A stretch of 64,000 nucleotides of DNA from positions 5,230,272 to 5,294,271 of the forward strand of contig NW_004797271.1 of the NCBI RefSeq assembly GCF_000002075.1, written 5' to 3'. Every line of letters begins with the position of its first letter. Position 1 is the first letter of the stretch. The notes under the pieces were generated by a model, which was not told the DNA's origin, searched no databases, and saw only the letters and a program-made list of their open reading frames with translations. The stretch is from Aplysia californica (taxonomy: Eukaryota). This document shows, piece after piece, positions 1-13,600 of the stretch. The position numbers were made by a program, and so were the translations under genes.

Positions 1-2020
1 ACAAAAGTAAATTAATTTGGTTGTCTACAAAGATGCTACGGCTATTTAACTTTTCGACGCAAAATTTGTTGACACGCGCACCGGGTGAGAATAGCCACAA
101 GACCCGCCTGCACTATTCTCACCCCGGGTGAGAATAGAGGTGGCCAAAAATTTACCTCGACTAGACTCTATAATAAAACAATTCCATACCTCACTACCCG
201 ACCTCGTTTGCAACCGTTCAGAACTTTGAAATAAAATGATATCACACTTCAACTTCAGTCGTAAGTCACAAATTAGGACAGCGCAGACAACACAATGGTT
301 CATTGATCCAGCACGAAGGTTTCACATCAGGGTCAACAACAATGCAATGGTTTCGTAATCAGACCCGAACACGAAATGAACCAACAGTTCCGTTTCCAAA
401 TTGATGAATGACAAACGCTGAGCTAGCCATCGGCAGCTTCGGTCGCCTGTTGACTGACCTCCTAGTGGTACTGTACCACTGTGACTGACTGTCTGTCAGG
501 CTTCGTGGACAGAGGATGATCCGGTGCACCACTCTCGCGGCTCTCACTTCAACACTCGCCACTCCACCCCCACTCCTCTGCTTCACTCCACTCAACCGCA
601 AGGCCGAGTTGCTGCATGCATAATCCAGTTCTCCAAGTTTAGAATACCAAAAATTCGTACTTTTATCCTTTGGTTGAGCTGATCCAACCATTATCCCACA
701 TGATGCGGGTTTCGATTGCGTTACACGTTGCCGAAGACTCGACTGCGTCAGCAACAGTTTGTGCATGATTGTACATCTTTTGATAAAACTCTTGCAAAAG
801 TAGTCTAATCAGTAAATCACATTTCTAAATAAATCTTTGTTGCGTGTTGGGAGGGGATAACCAAAGACAGAGCAGTTAAAATTTAGCCTACCATGAAGAT
901 AATAATAACAATTAATAATATTAATCCTTGTATCCCGGAGAAGACTTAGTTACAGTTGTCAAATTGTTCTAGATAACACTACGGAAGGAAGGAGAAAGGT
1001 TCCCCCTCCCCTCCACCTCCTCCCCCCTTCCCTCCCCCGACCAACCACCATCCACTAGGCTATAGGCAGCTCAGCTATATTGCGTAGCACCACCAGTACT
1101 GACCATACCACAGAAGGCAAATAAATTGCCCCAATTATTTTTTCGGTAGATCTAGATCTAGATCTAGTACTGAATCAAATTATGTAACTCGGGTATAAAT
1201 TGATTTTATTTTTGCACTCAAACGCTGGACGATCATAAAGATCCGAAACTGAGTTGAAACAGTCTTACAGATCTCAAATTAAATTACCATGGCTAGAGGC
1301 AGCGAGTGTCACTACAGCCTTTTTATACCGGTTAATTAAACTTTTACGAACGGTGACTGTACTCGCACCCCCCNNNNNNNNNNNNNNNNNNNNNNNNNNN
1401 NNNNNNNNNNNNNNNNNNNNNNNNNNNNNNNNNNNNNNNNNNNNNNNNNNNNNNNNNNNNNNNNNNNNNNNNNTAATGATTACAATCCCCTGCCCGTGAG
1501 CCTTTTCCGCATATCATTATATCCATACATACTGTACTCTGTATACATTAATTCAGCCAAGAATTACTAATAAGGTGGTAGGCTATCGGTATTCGTTTTC
1601 CTGGTGGCTGAGCGCGTGCGCCCAGGAATGTGAAGTATAATAGTTGTACTTTCCATAAATACCAATTTCTCAAAAAGTCACTTTTCATCTTTTTTTCCAA
1701 AATCGATGAGTATAGACCTACCGGTGAAGGTGAATGTTAAGGTTAAGGTTAACGTTAGGTAAGGGTTAAGGCTAGGGTCAGGATTATATTATAGATTTTA
1801 GTAGACTAGAAGACCGCCAAGTGGAAATTGTCAGGTTAATCCCGCGTGAGATTGTCAAGTACGTTAAAAAAAAAAAATAACACCCTCACGATAGACCGTC
1901 AGGTGGGCTGGTACCGTCACAAAACTATATGCCACACATAAAGAGACTCGAGTTGACCCGACAGAAAGAAAGCTGAACCTCGCTGTACTTTTCTTGCACT
2001 CACCTCTACCGTTAAACTAA

Positions 2021-2222
2021 GTGAGTGGTTGACGGGTGCTCTGTTTCGTGACTTGCTCCATCTAATTCTTTAATTCCTTTCAAACTTATATCATTGATTA
2101 TCATCCTTATCCCTCCTCTTTTTTGTGTGTGTTTGTAACTCTCTTGTAACACATCTAATCTTTGGCACTTATATGTCCTTAAATAATTGTGTTTGAAGTG
2201 CCCCAAAACTCAAACTAAAACT
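2021..2222 (+). mobile_element. Retroposon family A (~180 bp, (ACTAAA)n tail)
   Basis: gtgagtggttgacgggtgctctg...ggcacttatatg...aagtgcc...aactaaaact. Confidence 0.75.
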
Positions 2223-2686
2223 AGATTTAACATTACACTAAGGTGTGTTATATCGATATAAATAGCCATGTGCTCTATTATAATTAGCCCTGTGTTCTAT
2301 CATCACTGACAAAACATGTAAGTAAATTATTAATACAGTCCAAACGCTATCAGCTGAGGTGACGCTATTCAGCCGATTACCTTAATACAAACGTTTATGT
2401 GCAGTTTTCAAAACAATATAAAACGCGCCGTTGACTCCTCCTATAGTACGGGGCGAGGCTACCAAGTTCTGGTGTCCTCGGCACGGGGTGTGTAGGCCAT
2501 AGTGTAGTTCGAAAAGTGCGTCTACTACAGTTTAATAGGCCGATTCTCCTTTCCCAGCAATTTAGACCGTAGGCGTTAAGCGTTATTAAGTTTGATTAAA
2601 AGGACAGTTTATCACGTCGTATGATTCGTCAAAGCTGTTACTCTATTTAACTCTTTATTTTCCTTGTTCCCGTACCCTACCTCTGG

Positions 2687-2945
2687 TTTTTAGTTTTGGT
2701 AAGAGTTTTACAGCACTTGCAACACAATAAGGTCGTATAAGTTCCGAAGATTACATGTGTTACAAGAGAGTAACAAGCACATAAAAAAGTAAGAAAGAAA
2801 AGAACGATAGATGTTTTAGTTTAGTTTTAGTAGAGGTTTTACGGTGCTCGCAACATCATAAGGTCATATGAGCGCCATGATAGAGATGTTTGATAGAAAA
2901 GAAGGAGTAGATCACACCAGAGCACGTGCCAACTACCGGCATCTG
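2687..2945 (-). mobile_element. Two partial family A retroposons, the second with a B-type tail
   Basis: Reverse complement of the family A body and tail. Confidence 0.75.
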
Positions 2946-3082
2946 GTTTAACAGTCAACACTTAAAGAATGGTTTCGAAAGAATACAAGTAATTTGATTC
3001 ATAATTCTTGCGTTCATGCAACAGTGGGTAAAAAAAAACAACCCTCGATAGGCGCAATCGTCTGTGGTTTGATTGCCTCCGT

Positions 3083-3197
3083 ACGAATATCATTCGTGGG
3101 GAACACTGACCAAGATGGCCAAAAACAGACAGAGCTGGAGATCTTTTGTTGCTGCCCTAAACGCCAGATGGCGTAATGGGTAGTAATAAGTAAGTAC
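3083..3197 (+). mobile_element. RTE-clade LINE 3' end
   Basis: Encodes [24 protein letters not shown], followed by a taagtaagta tail. Confidence 0.7.
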
Positions 3198-3421
3198 AAA
3201 TATACTTTTATGTATGCATACTGTAAGGGCCTCTCTGTTTTTGTCTGTCTGTCTGTTTGTTTGTTGCCAGTTTGTTTAAGGATGTTAAGGTTTGTGATCC
3301 GTTTCTTTATAATCGGAGAGGCAAGTTTACACAGAGTTCTTGATATTGGGCGTGAAATTAATAAGCGCAAAAATGAAGACAGATAGGGAAGACATTATAA
3401 GACGTTACGCTCACTGCTCCA

Positions 3422-3433
3422 GTGTGTGTGTGC

Positions 3434-3464
<31 letters not shown>

Positions 3465-4248
3465 NNNNNNNNNNNNNNNNNNNNNNNNNNNNNNNNNNNN
3501 NNNNNNNNNNNNNNNNNNNNNNNNNNNNNNNNNNNNNNNNNNNNNNNNNNNNNNNNNNNNNNNNNNNNNNNNNNNNNNNNNNNNNNNNNNNNNNNNNNNN
3601 NNNNNNNNNNNNNNNNNNNNNNNNNNNNNNNNNNNNNNNNNNNNNNNNNNNNNNNNNNNNNNNNNNNNNNNNNNNNNNNNNNNNNNNNNNNNNNNNNNNN
3701 NNNNNNNNNNNNNNNNNNNNNNNNNNNNNNNNNNNNNNNNNNNNNNNNNNNNNNNNNNNNNNNNNNNNNNNNNNNNNNNNNNNNNNNNNNNNNNNNNNNN
3801 NNNNNNNNNNNNNNNNNNNNNNNNNNNNNNNNNNNNNNNNNNNNNNNNNNNNNNNNNNNNNNNNNNNNNNNNNNNNNNNNNNNNNNNNNNNNNNNNNNNN
3901 NNNNNNNNNNNNNNNNNNNNNNNNNNNNNNNNNNNNNNNNNNNNNNNNNNNNNNNNNNNNNNNNNNNNNNNNNNNNNNNNNNNNNNNNNNNNNNNNNNNN
4001 NNNNNNNNNNNNNNNNNNNNNNNNNNNNNNNNNNNNNNNNNNNNNNNNNNNNNNNNNNNNNNNNNNNNNNNNNNNNNNNNNNNNNNNNNNNNNNNNNNNN
4101 NNNNNNNNNNNNNNNNNNNNNNNNNNNNNNNNNNNNNNNNNNNNNNNNNNNNNNNNNNNNNNNNNNNNNNNNNNNNNNNNNNNNNNNNNNNNNNNNNNNN
4201 NNNNNNNNNNNNNNNNNNNNNNNNNNNNNNNNNNNNNNNNNNNNNNNN

Positions 4249-4327
<79 letters not shown>
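3422..4327. repeat. (TG)n and (AG)n microsatellites flanking a gap
   Basis: Seen directly. Confidence 0.95.
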
Positions 4328-4330
<3 letters not shown>

Positions 4331-5187
4331 CTATTATGCAGGCTATTACAATGTCAGCTTTTCAGCAAAACAATGGAAACGTCGACTATGATCAATTTAG
4401 GGGACAAAGGTATAAAGATTTTAAAGTGTTTATCAGTCAATCAAAATGTTTTTTTGTTTTTTTTAAAGCGTCACAAAACCCGAAAAGGCCAGATAAATCC
4501 CCTCACCAATCGAAAAATAACATGAAATTTAACCTTATGAAATTTGCAACAGAAGTATATAATATTATAGTTCCACTAAGCAAGACAGTGTAATGATTAC
4601 GTGAGCAGTTTCATAATCAGTGAAAAGAATCTTCTGTGGTGGTCACTCTTCTTTAAATAGCGCATCTCTCCCTCTTCTCTTTTCCTTTTGGGTAGTACAT
4701 GTAACTTGAAACTGAAACTGACACACGTTATAAGCAATCCTTGTGAAAGAATGAAATAGTAACAGGGAGTTGTAATTACTCGCTGTTAGTACGAGACACG
4801 AGAACTGAATGTTGCGTCATAGCTATAGATGTAAGTAATCACTCTCAAGACCACCGATAGAACCCACCAGCGTGTGTTGTCAGCCGGAAATAATTGCTTC
4901 GCCAAGCCTGAAAGGAAATGGGGGAGGTTTGTCATATTGCATGTAATATTAGGCCAGGTGGTGTCTCCAAAAGTTAAATCATTGATGGTTAGAAATATCT
5001 AAAAGAGGAAAATACAGGCCGAGGATTCGCAGTAAGGTTCCCGCATCTGCACGCTACAATGGAATTTATTTGATCCATTATCCCTGTCTGCTTGCTGGCA
5101 AAATTTTCTACTTCACCACACGAGATGATAGTGTCTGTGATGTCACCCAGACGAGGTTTGCCTTTATTGACAGTAAGCAGCATATTA

Positions 5188-6421
5188 TTATGTGAGGCAG
5201 CGTGGTGAAATCAGGCGCTCGAGATCGCCCCAAAAATATGAAGGTGAAGAAACTGGCATTTTTCCGCAGGCTTGGGAATTTTTATCGAATTTTTATTAAT
5301 TGGCTCAACACCTTGCATGCCCATTTAAGAACATATCTCTGTTTGAATTTTACTGAAAAACGTTGATTAAGGGGTGGGTGGGGGGTGTGGGGGTGTGGGG
5401 GGGCAACACCCCCCAAAATCAAAATTCGGCTCAAAATCATGGAATTAGAGTTGTAGGCATTTTTAGCTTCCTCAGCCTCTCCTACAACTATTTCATGGCA
5501 TAAGAACCCCCAAAAATCCTATTTTTCCCCATACCGGGCATGTTTGTAACCGCCATTTCCTCATAAAGTCAGTATTTTATTTTTATTTTTCGGCCGTTTT
5601 CTCAAAATGCTACTTTTCTCTATACTTTTTTTAATAACTCCACCATTTTTCATCCAATCTTCATGAAATTTTCACAGAATGAAGAGAAGAGGTAATACTA
5701 AATATTTTTCTGTTGAATTTTTGATATATGGAATAGATTTTTGTTGTTGGTGTCTGGAGTGTGGATTTTCACGGATTTTTCGCAAACTTGAATGCTACCT
5801 CAGGAAAAAATTCATTAACAAATTTCTAATTCGATTAGGAAAAAAAACAAACGACAAATTTTTAGATCTAATGTTTGTAAACACGCCTGCAAAAAAACCA
5901 AATCAATTTCCAGGAGCAATAAGTGCGGTATTCATTACGTAAGACATGTCAATAAAATCCAATATGGCGGCGTATCCATGGAAACGAAACTTTTTTCTCA
6001 AATTTGGTTGCGGATTTCAAGACTCCTTACTATGCTTGTTATATGTGTGAAATATGGTAAAATTCGGTCCTGTAATAAGCGAGATAGCCTCCATGTGTAC
6101 CCCCCCCCCCCCTTTAAAGGCATATACAGATTTAAATTTTCAGTTTCCACGGACCATGGCCTTCGTTATAACGAGTATCACGAAGGCCATGCACGGACTC
6201 TCAAGCTAAGGAAATACTCGATTTTGGCGGCAATTTTTCAGCTTATTTTACATCTGAAATCTGGCGACCCCCACCTCTTTCAATAACCTTGCATTCAAGA
6301 TCAATGGATATTTTGCCCATCAAAAACAAGGCACATGGACAGACTTTAAGATGGTACCAATAACTTCATATTTCCCTAAAATTGACGAGCGCCTTTTCCA
6401 TCACACTGTGACACGTGACAT
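5188..6421 (+). mobile_element. Unclassified DNA-transposon MITE with nested insertion
   Basis: Termini tatgtgaggca...aaatcaggcgctcg / gacgagcgcc...; relatives at 43959, 47830, 51170, 62553. Confidence 0.7.
5371..6113. mobile_element. Kolobok-like non-autonomous element with TTAA TSD
   Basis: TTAA at 5367-5370 and 6114-6117, GGGG.../...CCCCT ends; the host copy at ~44120 shows the empty site gattaaaggca. Confidence 0.6.
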
Positions 6422-7494
6422 GGCTNNNNNNNNNNNNNNNNNNNNNNNNNNNNNNNNNNNNNNNNNNNNNNNNNNNNNNNNNNNNNNNNNNNNNNNNNNN
6501 NNNNNNNNNNNNNNNNNNNNNNNNNNNNNNNNNNNNNNNNNNNNNNNNNNNNNNNNNNNNNNNNNNNNNNNNNNNNNNNNNNNNNNNNNNNNNNNNNNNN
6601 NNNNNNNNNNNGAAGTTGATTAACTCATTAAATTGAAGGCTTTTCATGGCTGCTTTTTGGGGGGGCACATGTGGAAAGAAAGAAGCACAACTAGATCTGA
6701 TTCTTTGCTTCTATAGATTCCCCAATTCTGTTTTGATTAGCACAAATGCATTCCATAAAGCTGCGGTCAATTGTCCGTGTTTTATGATTCGCGTATGTTC
6801 GAATTTGCTACAACATTGTCGAGATCTTTAGTCTGCGGTTGATCGGACATGTCCGCTTGCACGTCCTTAAAGACTCAGAAAGATAAGGAGCATGAGAAAA
6901 AGAAAAGAGAAAATCTCAGAAAAAAAGTTGAGGGAAAAGCCCATTGGGAGACAACACAAGAATATTTCGCAGATGAAAGAGAGACGGAACGTAATATTAC
7001 CCTTTTAACTACTTTTAACCAGACACTTTTAAATAATTCTTGGCTCATATCAATTTTAAGCTCCAAAACCTTTCTCAATAAATTTTGCATCTTTTCCAGT
7101 GTGTCTTCCGTCCTGCTCTATTTATACAGTCCATCTTTCTCCGAAGACTGAAAGCAAAGTAAACCAAAAATAATATAGACTATTGACGTTGAAAAAATGT
7201 TATTTTTGCATTGTTTTTTTTCGAAATATATGATCTGCAATTGTACTGCATCGGCAAAAATTAAAACAAAATAAATAAAAGAATTAATTTCTTTTTCTTG
7301 GGGCTGCCAAGATTTGAAAATGCGACCGGATTTCACTTTCACTCCACTTTCCACTTTCTTTTTTTTGTTTGTCGATATTTAGTCACTGGTCTATTTTTGT
7401 TTCTTGTCTCTATCTCTGTTTATGGGGATTCTCAATGTTTACTCCAGGAGGTTTCCGGTGGTTTCCCCGCTGAGAACCTTTGTCTCATACAGAT

Positions 7495-7630
7495 TCATTG
7501 GACAATATTGAGGGCTTTCCCTGGAAAACTTTCTATTTAAACCAATCAACAGAGAGCTTTTATCAGGTTTTTGGAGAACTCGCGCCATCTTGCGGTCAGA
7601 TTATTGCGGAGGAAAACAAAAATGGCGGAC
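7495..7630. promoter_or_regulatory. Putative TATA-less, possibly bidirectional promoter
   Basis: CCAAT boxes (attgg ~7497, ccaat ~7542); YY1-like motifs in opposite orientations (gcgccatcttg ~7582; aaaatggcgg ~7619). Confidence 0.5.
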
Positions 7631-7636
7631 GAACAG
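7622..7636 (+). CDS. XPO7: XPO7 exon 1a (MADEQ)
   Basis: aaaATGGCGGACGAACAG|gtgact; phase 0; resembles the vertebrate N-terminus MADHVQ. Confidence 0.75.
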
Positions 7637-10600
7637 GTGACTACAATTTTGAATACACACACATTGGCATTGACGCATTTGTTTACTTTTCAACTTCAAT
7701 ATATTGTTTGACTCATGAAATCTGATTTTAGCACGTGCCACATCTATAGAATTAGGCTTGCATTGTGCTATTAATTTTGAAAACCACCTCTAACGCCTTT
7801 GGCGGCGTGCTTTTCGTGTGTGTCTTTGATGTCTCCACTGGACTCCACCACCTGCTAAATCACCGTCAATTCACGCAAAAAGAGAGTGTGTGCTGAAACC
7901 CTGATTCAGCACCTCCTAGTTTATAAATGTTTTACTAACCAGGCTGACCAAAGCCAAACTGTTTATTTTGTCCTTTGTTCTAGTGACGACTGTATCTTCA
8001 GAGATGAATTTTTTTTGGGAATAAAAAGAGAGAGGCGCAGGCCTCCTTTTATGGCCGGCTCTATTTCTCCAAGAAAGTGGCTATTCTCACCCGCTCGGAA
8101 GTTCTCGCAAGATCTACTCCTCCCCTCTTCTCTCTCTCTCTGTCTCTTTCTGAATACTGTCTATCGGTGTGGACGATCGATTGACCAAAACAAAGTTAAA
8201 AAATGATGTTAAAACACAAAAGTAAATTAATTTGGTTGTCTACAAAGATGCTACAGCTATTTAACTTTTCGAATCGAGCCGAACAACGCAGGTCGCCATT
8301 TTGTTTTGTTCTCTCTCTTTCTCTCTCTCACTCTCTCTCTCCACTGCCCACTGACAAAATTGTACGCTTTTAGTAGGCTACAAGTACAGTTGTAATGCAA
8401 CGTTTGTTCACAGCACAGAATTCTACAAGTGTAATTTTTCTGTTATCACAGTGTAGAATTCTGTGGTTTAGGGTGAACGCAAAATTTGTTGGCCTAGAGG
8501 CCTAGATATAGGCTATAACGGTGAACGCGCACCGGGTGAGAATAGCCAAAAGACTCGCCTGCACTATTCTCATCCCGGGTGAGAATAGAGGTGGCCCAAA
8601 AACACTCGGAAAAATACACTTGAACTCTAGATTCTATTTCTCCGAACGATTTCCGTTCTCGAGATTTGTTGGTAATTTGCGAATGGAGTGGCCCATGCAC
8701 GGGCGCTGTGAGTGGCTGTGTGTGTGTGTGTCACGTATGTCGTATGTGTGTGTGTGTGAACTGTGTCTGTGTGTGTGTGTGTGAGTTGAGTTTGTGTGTG
8801 CGTGTATAGTGTAAGGTGTGAACAAGGCGGGGGGGGGGGGGGGGGGGTCGTTGAAGGATTTTTTTGTTATTTAGGCTACATGAAGGATTTTAGTTTTTTT
8901 TCTTTAGAGGGTGACTGAATTTTAAATATAATGCAAAATAGGTAGGGCCTACTGCCAAGGTCAAGCAGTCTTGTTTTGTCTCAGTACCTTATGAAAGCAT
9001 AAATTTCAAATCAAAGTGTAGTCCGAGAATGTTGCCCCAACCACAACTGAAGTATCTAAATATGATGTAATCAGACATTTAAAAATCTCTAGCTCTAGAA
9101 ATGGAATTCGATGCAAAGAATGCTAAGTTATGCTTCTTCCCAGTCCTTGCAGAATGGCAGAATGAAAGATGACGCCTAAATCTCGAAAATAAAAATAAAA
9201 ATCCAGAGAACGGAAACCATTAGGAGAAATAGAGATCAAGTTTAGTTTATTTTTCCGAGCATTCGGAGAAATAGTCACTTCGTCCTTTATTGTGACTTCT
9301 ACTTTTAGAATGTCACTTTTTGATTTTGAAGTAATGAATGCATCCGGGCACCCTTCCCAGTTGACTAGATCTCACTGTGGCGGGCCCGCTTAATGCGTGA
9401 TGGGCTACGTCACAGAGAAGGTTTCATAGCCGATTGTTTGGGTTGTGTGTGTGCGCTTGTGTGTAGGCACGCGCGTGTGTGTGTGTGCGCAACCGCTATG
9501 TGTGTGTATGTATGTGTGTGTACTACTTTGGGGAGAAGGAAAATTTTTCTAACGAGAATTGCTGTGATTGTTAAAAGACACAGTCTAATTAAAAAAGAAA
9601 ACAAACACAGCGAGATCAAGTTAACAGTAACTGGCGAGGGAAACCCCGGAAGACGAAAAAAATAGATGGCGGAAGTATGTCGTCTATATTTGGCCCAATT
9701 ACAGAAGTGTGCTAGGTGCTTGCTGTTGCTTCATGTGTTTCCAAAATACCACTCCATATCCATGATTGGGGTTTGTGGCACAAAAGTGTTGTTGGGGCTG
9801 TTGTGTGTGTCACATTTTTATAAATTACAGTCTAGACCTAGAGTCTGACAGCAAGCAAATAATGTTAGGTTTAGTAGGATCAAGAAAACTCTGTTACAAC
9901 CACGTTGTAGGCATACTTGAGAATCATGAATTCTATAGTAGAATGAGTGTTGATTCAAGTCTGTCTCTGGTCTGATGATTGCAGGAGCGGTTCGTTAGCT
10001 GGGCAAGACTAGTGGAGCAGGCCATTTTTTATTGGCAAACGAGAGACCTGTATTGCTGATGATAATTTTCATTCAGTTTTAAAGTAAATGCAATGTAATC
10101 AACATTCAATTTTAAACGCTCTGCTGATTTGCAGAGACCCTAAGAGAAAGGGCTCACTGACACTGGTGTATTGACACACTCTGAAAGTCGTTCCTTCATC
10201 TCTGTTTATCATGCTGGCTGTAACTTTGTTTTTACTACCTTTTATCATGAGGAGTGACTTCGTATCACGCACTCAGTGGTGATGTCAACCAGGTCGGCAC
10301 ACTGAGCAATTGCTAGTTGCCACTGAGTACTTAAGAGAACCCTCCTGACTTTCAGTTTTGCCAGTTTGGTTTCTCTGTTGCTTGCAATGGATACTGCCTT
10401 GGACAGCAACTCTAAAAAATATACATTTCATTAATTAGTAATATTTATCTTTAAAACCTGCCTCTAGTCATTGTCAGCACACTTCGTGCAGGCATGACTC
10501 TAATCTTTATTTGCTGTTTGAGTTTTTAGTTGTTTGGTGTTCTATTCGCTGCTTATTTCCTACACAATAACCTTGCTAGGGCCAAAATCCAGACACTGGT

Positions 10601-13600
10601 GATTGCGAGGATTGCCCAGTTGCCGTATAGAACAAATTAACGGGGTGGCAGTCGACAGTGCTAGACTTAATAACTAGTGAGAGGCGAGAGACTGTTAGTT
10701 TGCCCCCCCCCCCCCCCCCAAACCAAACACTGAGTTCTGAAAAAGCATTTGACATAGTTCCCAGGTTAAAACCTTCTTTGAGAAGTGTGCTGAATAATGG
10801 TTGATTCTTATTGGAAATGTAGTTTAACTATACATGCATGTGGTTTAACTACACACACCCACCTCATGTAGTGATCCAACTTGCACTGACTGGTCGCAAC
10901 TCTCTGCTCTGCGCCTCGACCGCTACTCAAGCAGTCTTCAAAAGTCCGTGGCTCACGCCTCGGCCTGTCCTTGGTTTCTTCAATGTCAAATAGGTAGCCT
11001 ACCTACGACTACTTTCCTGAGAATCACACAGCTAACCACAGGAAATTGTTGTATACTTTTTTCAGTGCTTTTGTGTGTTAATTATGTATTGTATTGTTTC
11101 TGATTATATTGTAGACTCTTTCGGCTTGGGACAGATAAGGATTTTTAGTGGAAGGGGACCATGTACCTAAGGGCTCATGCTGAGGGTCAGTGTAAGACCC
11201 GGGGGAGGGGGGGGGGGTCAGTGTCGTTGTTTGAGTGAAAGCTGGTCAGTTCTACAAATCATGAGCCCCACCACTGTCCTCCAACTGTGGTAGGTGGTTC
11301 CCCCCCCAAAAAAAGATGGCCCTGTCCAGACCTGGCTACACATGGACACTGACACTGGACCATTTAGTGTATTATCGTCATTCTTCAATTGAAAAATGAA
11401 GGACAGGAGAAAGAACTAAGAATACAGAGAGTATTATTAGGCATGGTTACTGGTATAAGAACAGGCTTTGTAGTCACATGCTAGGAACTATCCAACAAGT
11501 CAAGTGAAAGTGAAACAAACTGGAAGCTACCACAAAAGCAGAAAACTTAATTCTTTTCAGGTTTTTATATTTAAAAAAATTGCATTATAAAATACTTCCC
11601 AGACTTTTGCGAGACATCTCTTTCCTGTATTCTTAGCTTGGGAAATAACTGTAGTTTCCAAATAAAGGCTAGACTTTTAAGGATGCAGCCAGATGCATTG
11701 CATAAGAAGTAGTGGAAGCCAATGATTTGGACTTAACTTCTGATAGTGGGTGGAAGCCCTTGAGGTGAATTTTAAAAAAACAACACGTAGGATTACAGAA
11801 CAGCTTTCAAGAAAAAATGAGATGTACGTATCGGCCCTATTAAAAAGGCAATACTAGATGAGAAAAAAATTGATTAAAAAAATGATGCTATAGACTGTTT
11901 GATGAGAGAGATGATCTGTTAAAAAAAAGATGGACGAAGACAGTAAAAACGTATTGTAAAAATGAGTTTAAAAATTTATTATTAGATATTGTTTATTCCT
12001 GCTGTATTTTGGGGAGTGGGTGCATAATTTTATGATAAAAGAAATCACCCTCACTTCTATTTGTGTATTGACTTTTTGTCTGTTGTTAAAAATTTTTTTT
12101 TCATGTGTTACTAGATCTAGTTTAGTTGTGAAAATGTCTCTTCACTTTTTCGTTTCACTGTATGTAATGCTGTTTTACAATCTTCAGGAACTGTTGCAGC
12201 TGGAGAACTTGTGCAAGCAGCTTTATGAAACTGCAGATGGCAACATTCGTGCTGAGGCAGAGAAGGCATTGGTGTCCTTTGCCAACTCTCCAGATTGTCT
12301 TAACAAGTGCCAGTTGTTGTTGGAGAGAGGAAATGTAAGCTACTGTTTGTTATCGCCCTTGTAGAATATTCATGGTGGATGAGCGTGAAAACCTTACAGC
12401 TTGTCTCCTTTTACGGGGGGGGGGGTTTGTTTGTCTTTAATTCGACCCAATACAAGTTTCGTGATTTAAAAAATTTTTTTTTTTTAATGGACAGCAGCAG
12501 CNNNNNNNNNNNNNNNNNNNNNNNNNNNNNNNNNNNNNNNNNNNNNNNNNNNNNNNNNNNNNNNNNNNNNNNNNNNNNNNNNNNNNNNNNNNNNNNNNNN
12601 NNNNNNNNNNNNNNNNNNNNNNNNNNNNNNNNNNNNNNNNNNNNNNNNNNNNNNNNNNNNNNTGGCCATCATGTATGGAATAAAAAATGTCAGCGGCTCT
12701 TACAACTCCCATTTGATGGACTTTGTACTTCCTTGTCCATCTTGACATTAAAATATGCCACTTTCTCTCTTCTGTGAATTATCAGTTGCTCGAGGGCTTA
12801 GCCAGTTGCATGCGGCTAAACATTGAGTCGCGCATAAGGAGACAGTTTTCTTTTGTTGCACGCGACTAAAAATTTAGCGCGATGTGGTCGCGTCTTATAA
12901 GGATACATACCTTGTGACTCACTGTCGCGCACGACTTAACTTTCTTTTTGTACTCAAGTAGAATGGAAGTTTTGTTGTGCGAATTTGTAGTATAGTTGAA
13001 ACAAAGCCATGTCTCAGTTAAATGGCTTTAATTTTTCTAGGGACTGATGATAATTTTCCTCTTCCAGTAAAATTAACCACCCAATTTTTTAAAGCATAAA
13101 TTATCTCTCTGTAAGCCAAATATAGTAACAAGTCCACCCTGTCCGTCTTTGACCGCAACAGAGATCTAAGGAAATGCTACTCAAGTGAGTAATTTTCTGC
13201 ATGTTTTGCGTCATTTTAGTTTTTCCGTAGGAAACTGAATGCACGTGGATACTTTGTACTACCGGTACCCTCGTCTCTCTTCTCCTTTTTTTTGGTTTAA
13301 GGGATCATTACATCTACTGACTCCTATTCATTTCTGTTCAGAAGAAGTGACATCACAGATTCAGCGATGTTTAGAACCTCCATCATTACATGATTATGGT
13401 TTAGAAGAATTAAAAATGTAGCGATTTGATTATGGTTATGAATGGATGGTTATAATGTATCAGCCTTTTTATTGTTTCCAGTCTCTTGAATTTTTTCAAC
13501 AGTCACCATTTTTGTTTGATGTTGTGACAAAATAAATGTGATGTGTACAAAAAAAAAAAAGGTAATGCAAACTTTCAGTCTGCAGGTGTTAGTTGTTCAC

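Noticed and set aside
359-766. 135-aa minus-strand ORF
   Set aside because: No recognisable domain; it could be UTR of a neighbouring gene but nothing supports this.
1725-1783. Telomere-like ttaagg/ttaggg run
   Set aside because: Short and degenerate; more like an internal repeat of a non-autonomous transposon.
3340-4593. Long ORFs in the track that span N runs (also at 49824, 55638, 57153, 60901)
   Set aside because: Artefacts of gaps and microsatellites (poly-ER, CV, TDRQ, poly-M/H/I).
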